DNA of 64,000 nucleotides. It comes from an uncultured Candidatus Saccharibacteria bacterium. Lineage in GTDB: Bacteria > Patescibacteriota > Saccharimonadia > Saccharimonadales > JALRHH01. Location: assembly GCA_964639295.1 (NCBI GenBank), contig CAZXDT010000001.1, forward strand, positions 52,784 through 116,783, read 5' to 3'. Position numbers and translations under genes: made by a program. Below the pieces are notes generated by a model. That model was not told the DNA's origin and made no database searches. It saw only the letters and a program-made list of their open reading frames with translations. Shown piece after piece: positions 63,149 through 64,000 of this stretch; positions within the stretch are counted from its first letter, which is position 1, and each line of letters opens with the position of its first letter.

Positions 63149-63610
63149 TTAGCTGTTGTGGTGGTAGGGGTGGCCCTTCTGGACCATAAACGTTCTATAT
63201 ATCTGTTCAAGTAACATCACACGGATTAATTGGTGTGGAAAAACAAGCTGAGAAAATGACCAAACAAACTGAGCTCGCTCCCGTAATGTATCGGTAACAC
63301 CGAACGCACCACCAATTACAAAGACGAGTCTTCCTTGGCTGCCAGCTAATCTCTCAAATGTTTCTGCAAACTGCTCATTTGTTTGTTGTTGGCCACGTTC
63401 ATCTAGCAATATAACAGTGTCATTCTGTTTGAGCTGAGCTTGAATTTGCTCGCTGTCCTGAGTTCTGGCTTGATGAATGTCTATCGCCCGTGAAGCAGGC
63501 AGCAATTTCCAAGTCACCCCAGCCACTGGCTGTAATCGTCGTTCGTATGTGTTTTGTAAACTCGCAAGTTCGGGTGACGACTCTTTGCCGACCGCAATAA
63601 TATATATTTG
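63149..63610 (-). CDS. rlmH: 23S rRNA (pseudouridine1915-N3)-methyltransferase
   Basis: MQIYIIAVGK.. N-terminus and C-terminal ..GHPYHH, SPOUT family; ~155 aa. Confidence 0.8.
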   Translation of the reverse strand, partial: QIYIIAVGKESSPELASLQNTYERRLQPVAGVTWKLLPASRAIDIHQARTQDSEQIQAQLKQNDTVILLDERGQQQTNEQFAETFERLAGSQGRLVFVIGGAFGVTDTLRERAQFVWSFSQLVFPHQLIRVMLLEQIYRTFMVQKGHPYHHNS

Positions 63611-63708
63611 CATACCCATAGTGTACCAGCGAGATATGTCACTGCGTAAAAGATCAATACTATGTACTATATCTACACTTATCAACATAAGTGAAAAGTG
63701 GGGTGCAT

Positions 63709-63972
63709 ATGAACATTTTATTATGGATTATATTCGGTGCTTTGGCGGGCTGGATCGCGTCAATTATTATGCGAACCAACGCAGATCAGGGTGCTATTGG
63801 TAACATTATTGTCGGGATAATTGGTGCATTTATAGGTGGAATGGTCTCAAATTCTCTCGGTGGCCCTGACGTTACCGGGTTCAACCTAACAAGCTTACTA
63901 GTGGCTATTGTTGGGGCGGTAATTCTGTTATTTATTGTTCGTCTGTTTACTGGCGGCCGTCGTGTATCGTAA
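63709..63972 (+). CDS. GlsB/YeaQ/YmgE-family small membrane protein
   Basis: MNILLWIIFGALAGWIAS.. signature. GGGGTG RBS. Confidence 0.6.
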   Translation: MNILLWIIFGALAGWIASIIMRTNADQGAIGNIIVGIIGAFIGGMVSNSLGGPDVTGFNLTSLLVAIVGAVILLFIVRLFTGGRRVS

Positions 63973-64000
63973 GCAGTAACTTCAGGCTACACAAAGACTC

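Overview
This 64-kb window reads as chromosomal DNA from a small-genome, moderately AT-rich bacterium. A type IV pilin, many secreted hydrolases and CAP-domain proteins, little metabolism and no respiratory chain would fit a reduced, host-associated (CPR/Saccharibacteria-like) organism, but that is an inference from gene content, not something shown. Genes that can be identified: nrnA (3' part) and cysS; two GT4 glycosyltransferases and one GT2; D-Ala-D-Ala carboxypeptidase and beta-lactamase-like serine hydrolases; a signal peptidase I with an unusual N-terminal extension; a 1127-aa UvrD-helicase/PD-(D/E)xK nuclease fusion; a complete F-type ATP synthase operon on the minus strand (atpB-E-F-H-A-G-D-C) carrying two extra translationally coupled small ORFs; smpB; two histidine-kinase/response-regulator pairs; two Crp/Fnr regulators plus MarR and CsoR; ABC-F; a MacB/FtsX-type ABC pair; a CcdA-thioredoxin thiol-disulfide module; rlmH; tRNA-Gln(UUG) and tRNA-Asn(GUU). 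Both tRNAs sit at the edge of small accessory-like islets of short hypothetical genes, among them a ricin-lectin/EEP fusion protein. Within these islets the genes are separated by a dispersed repeat of about 70 nt (nine copies found). Its 35-nt conserved head starts exactly on the TAG stop codon of the upstream gene and is followed by an intrinsic terminator hairpin. The tRNA-Gln gene is preceded by a partial copy of its own 5' half carrying two insertions, and followed by an 18-nt copy of its 3' end; both look like recombination scars. The most unusual observations are the two small coupled ORFs inside the F1 gene block (candidate ATP synthase-associated proteins) and the stop-codon-anchored repeat/terminator family. 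No CRISPR array, rRNA, IS or transposase, or integrase was seen.
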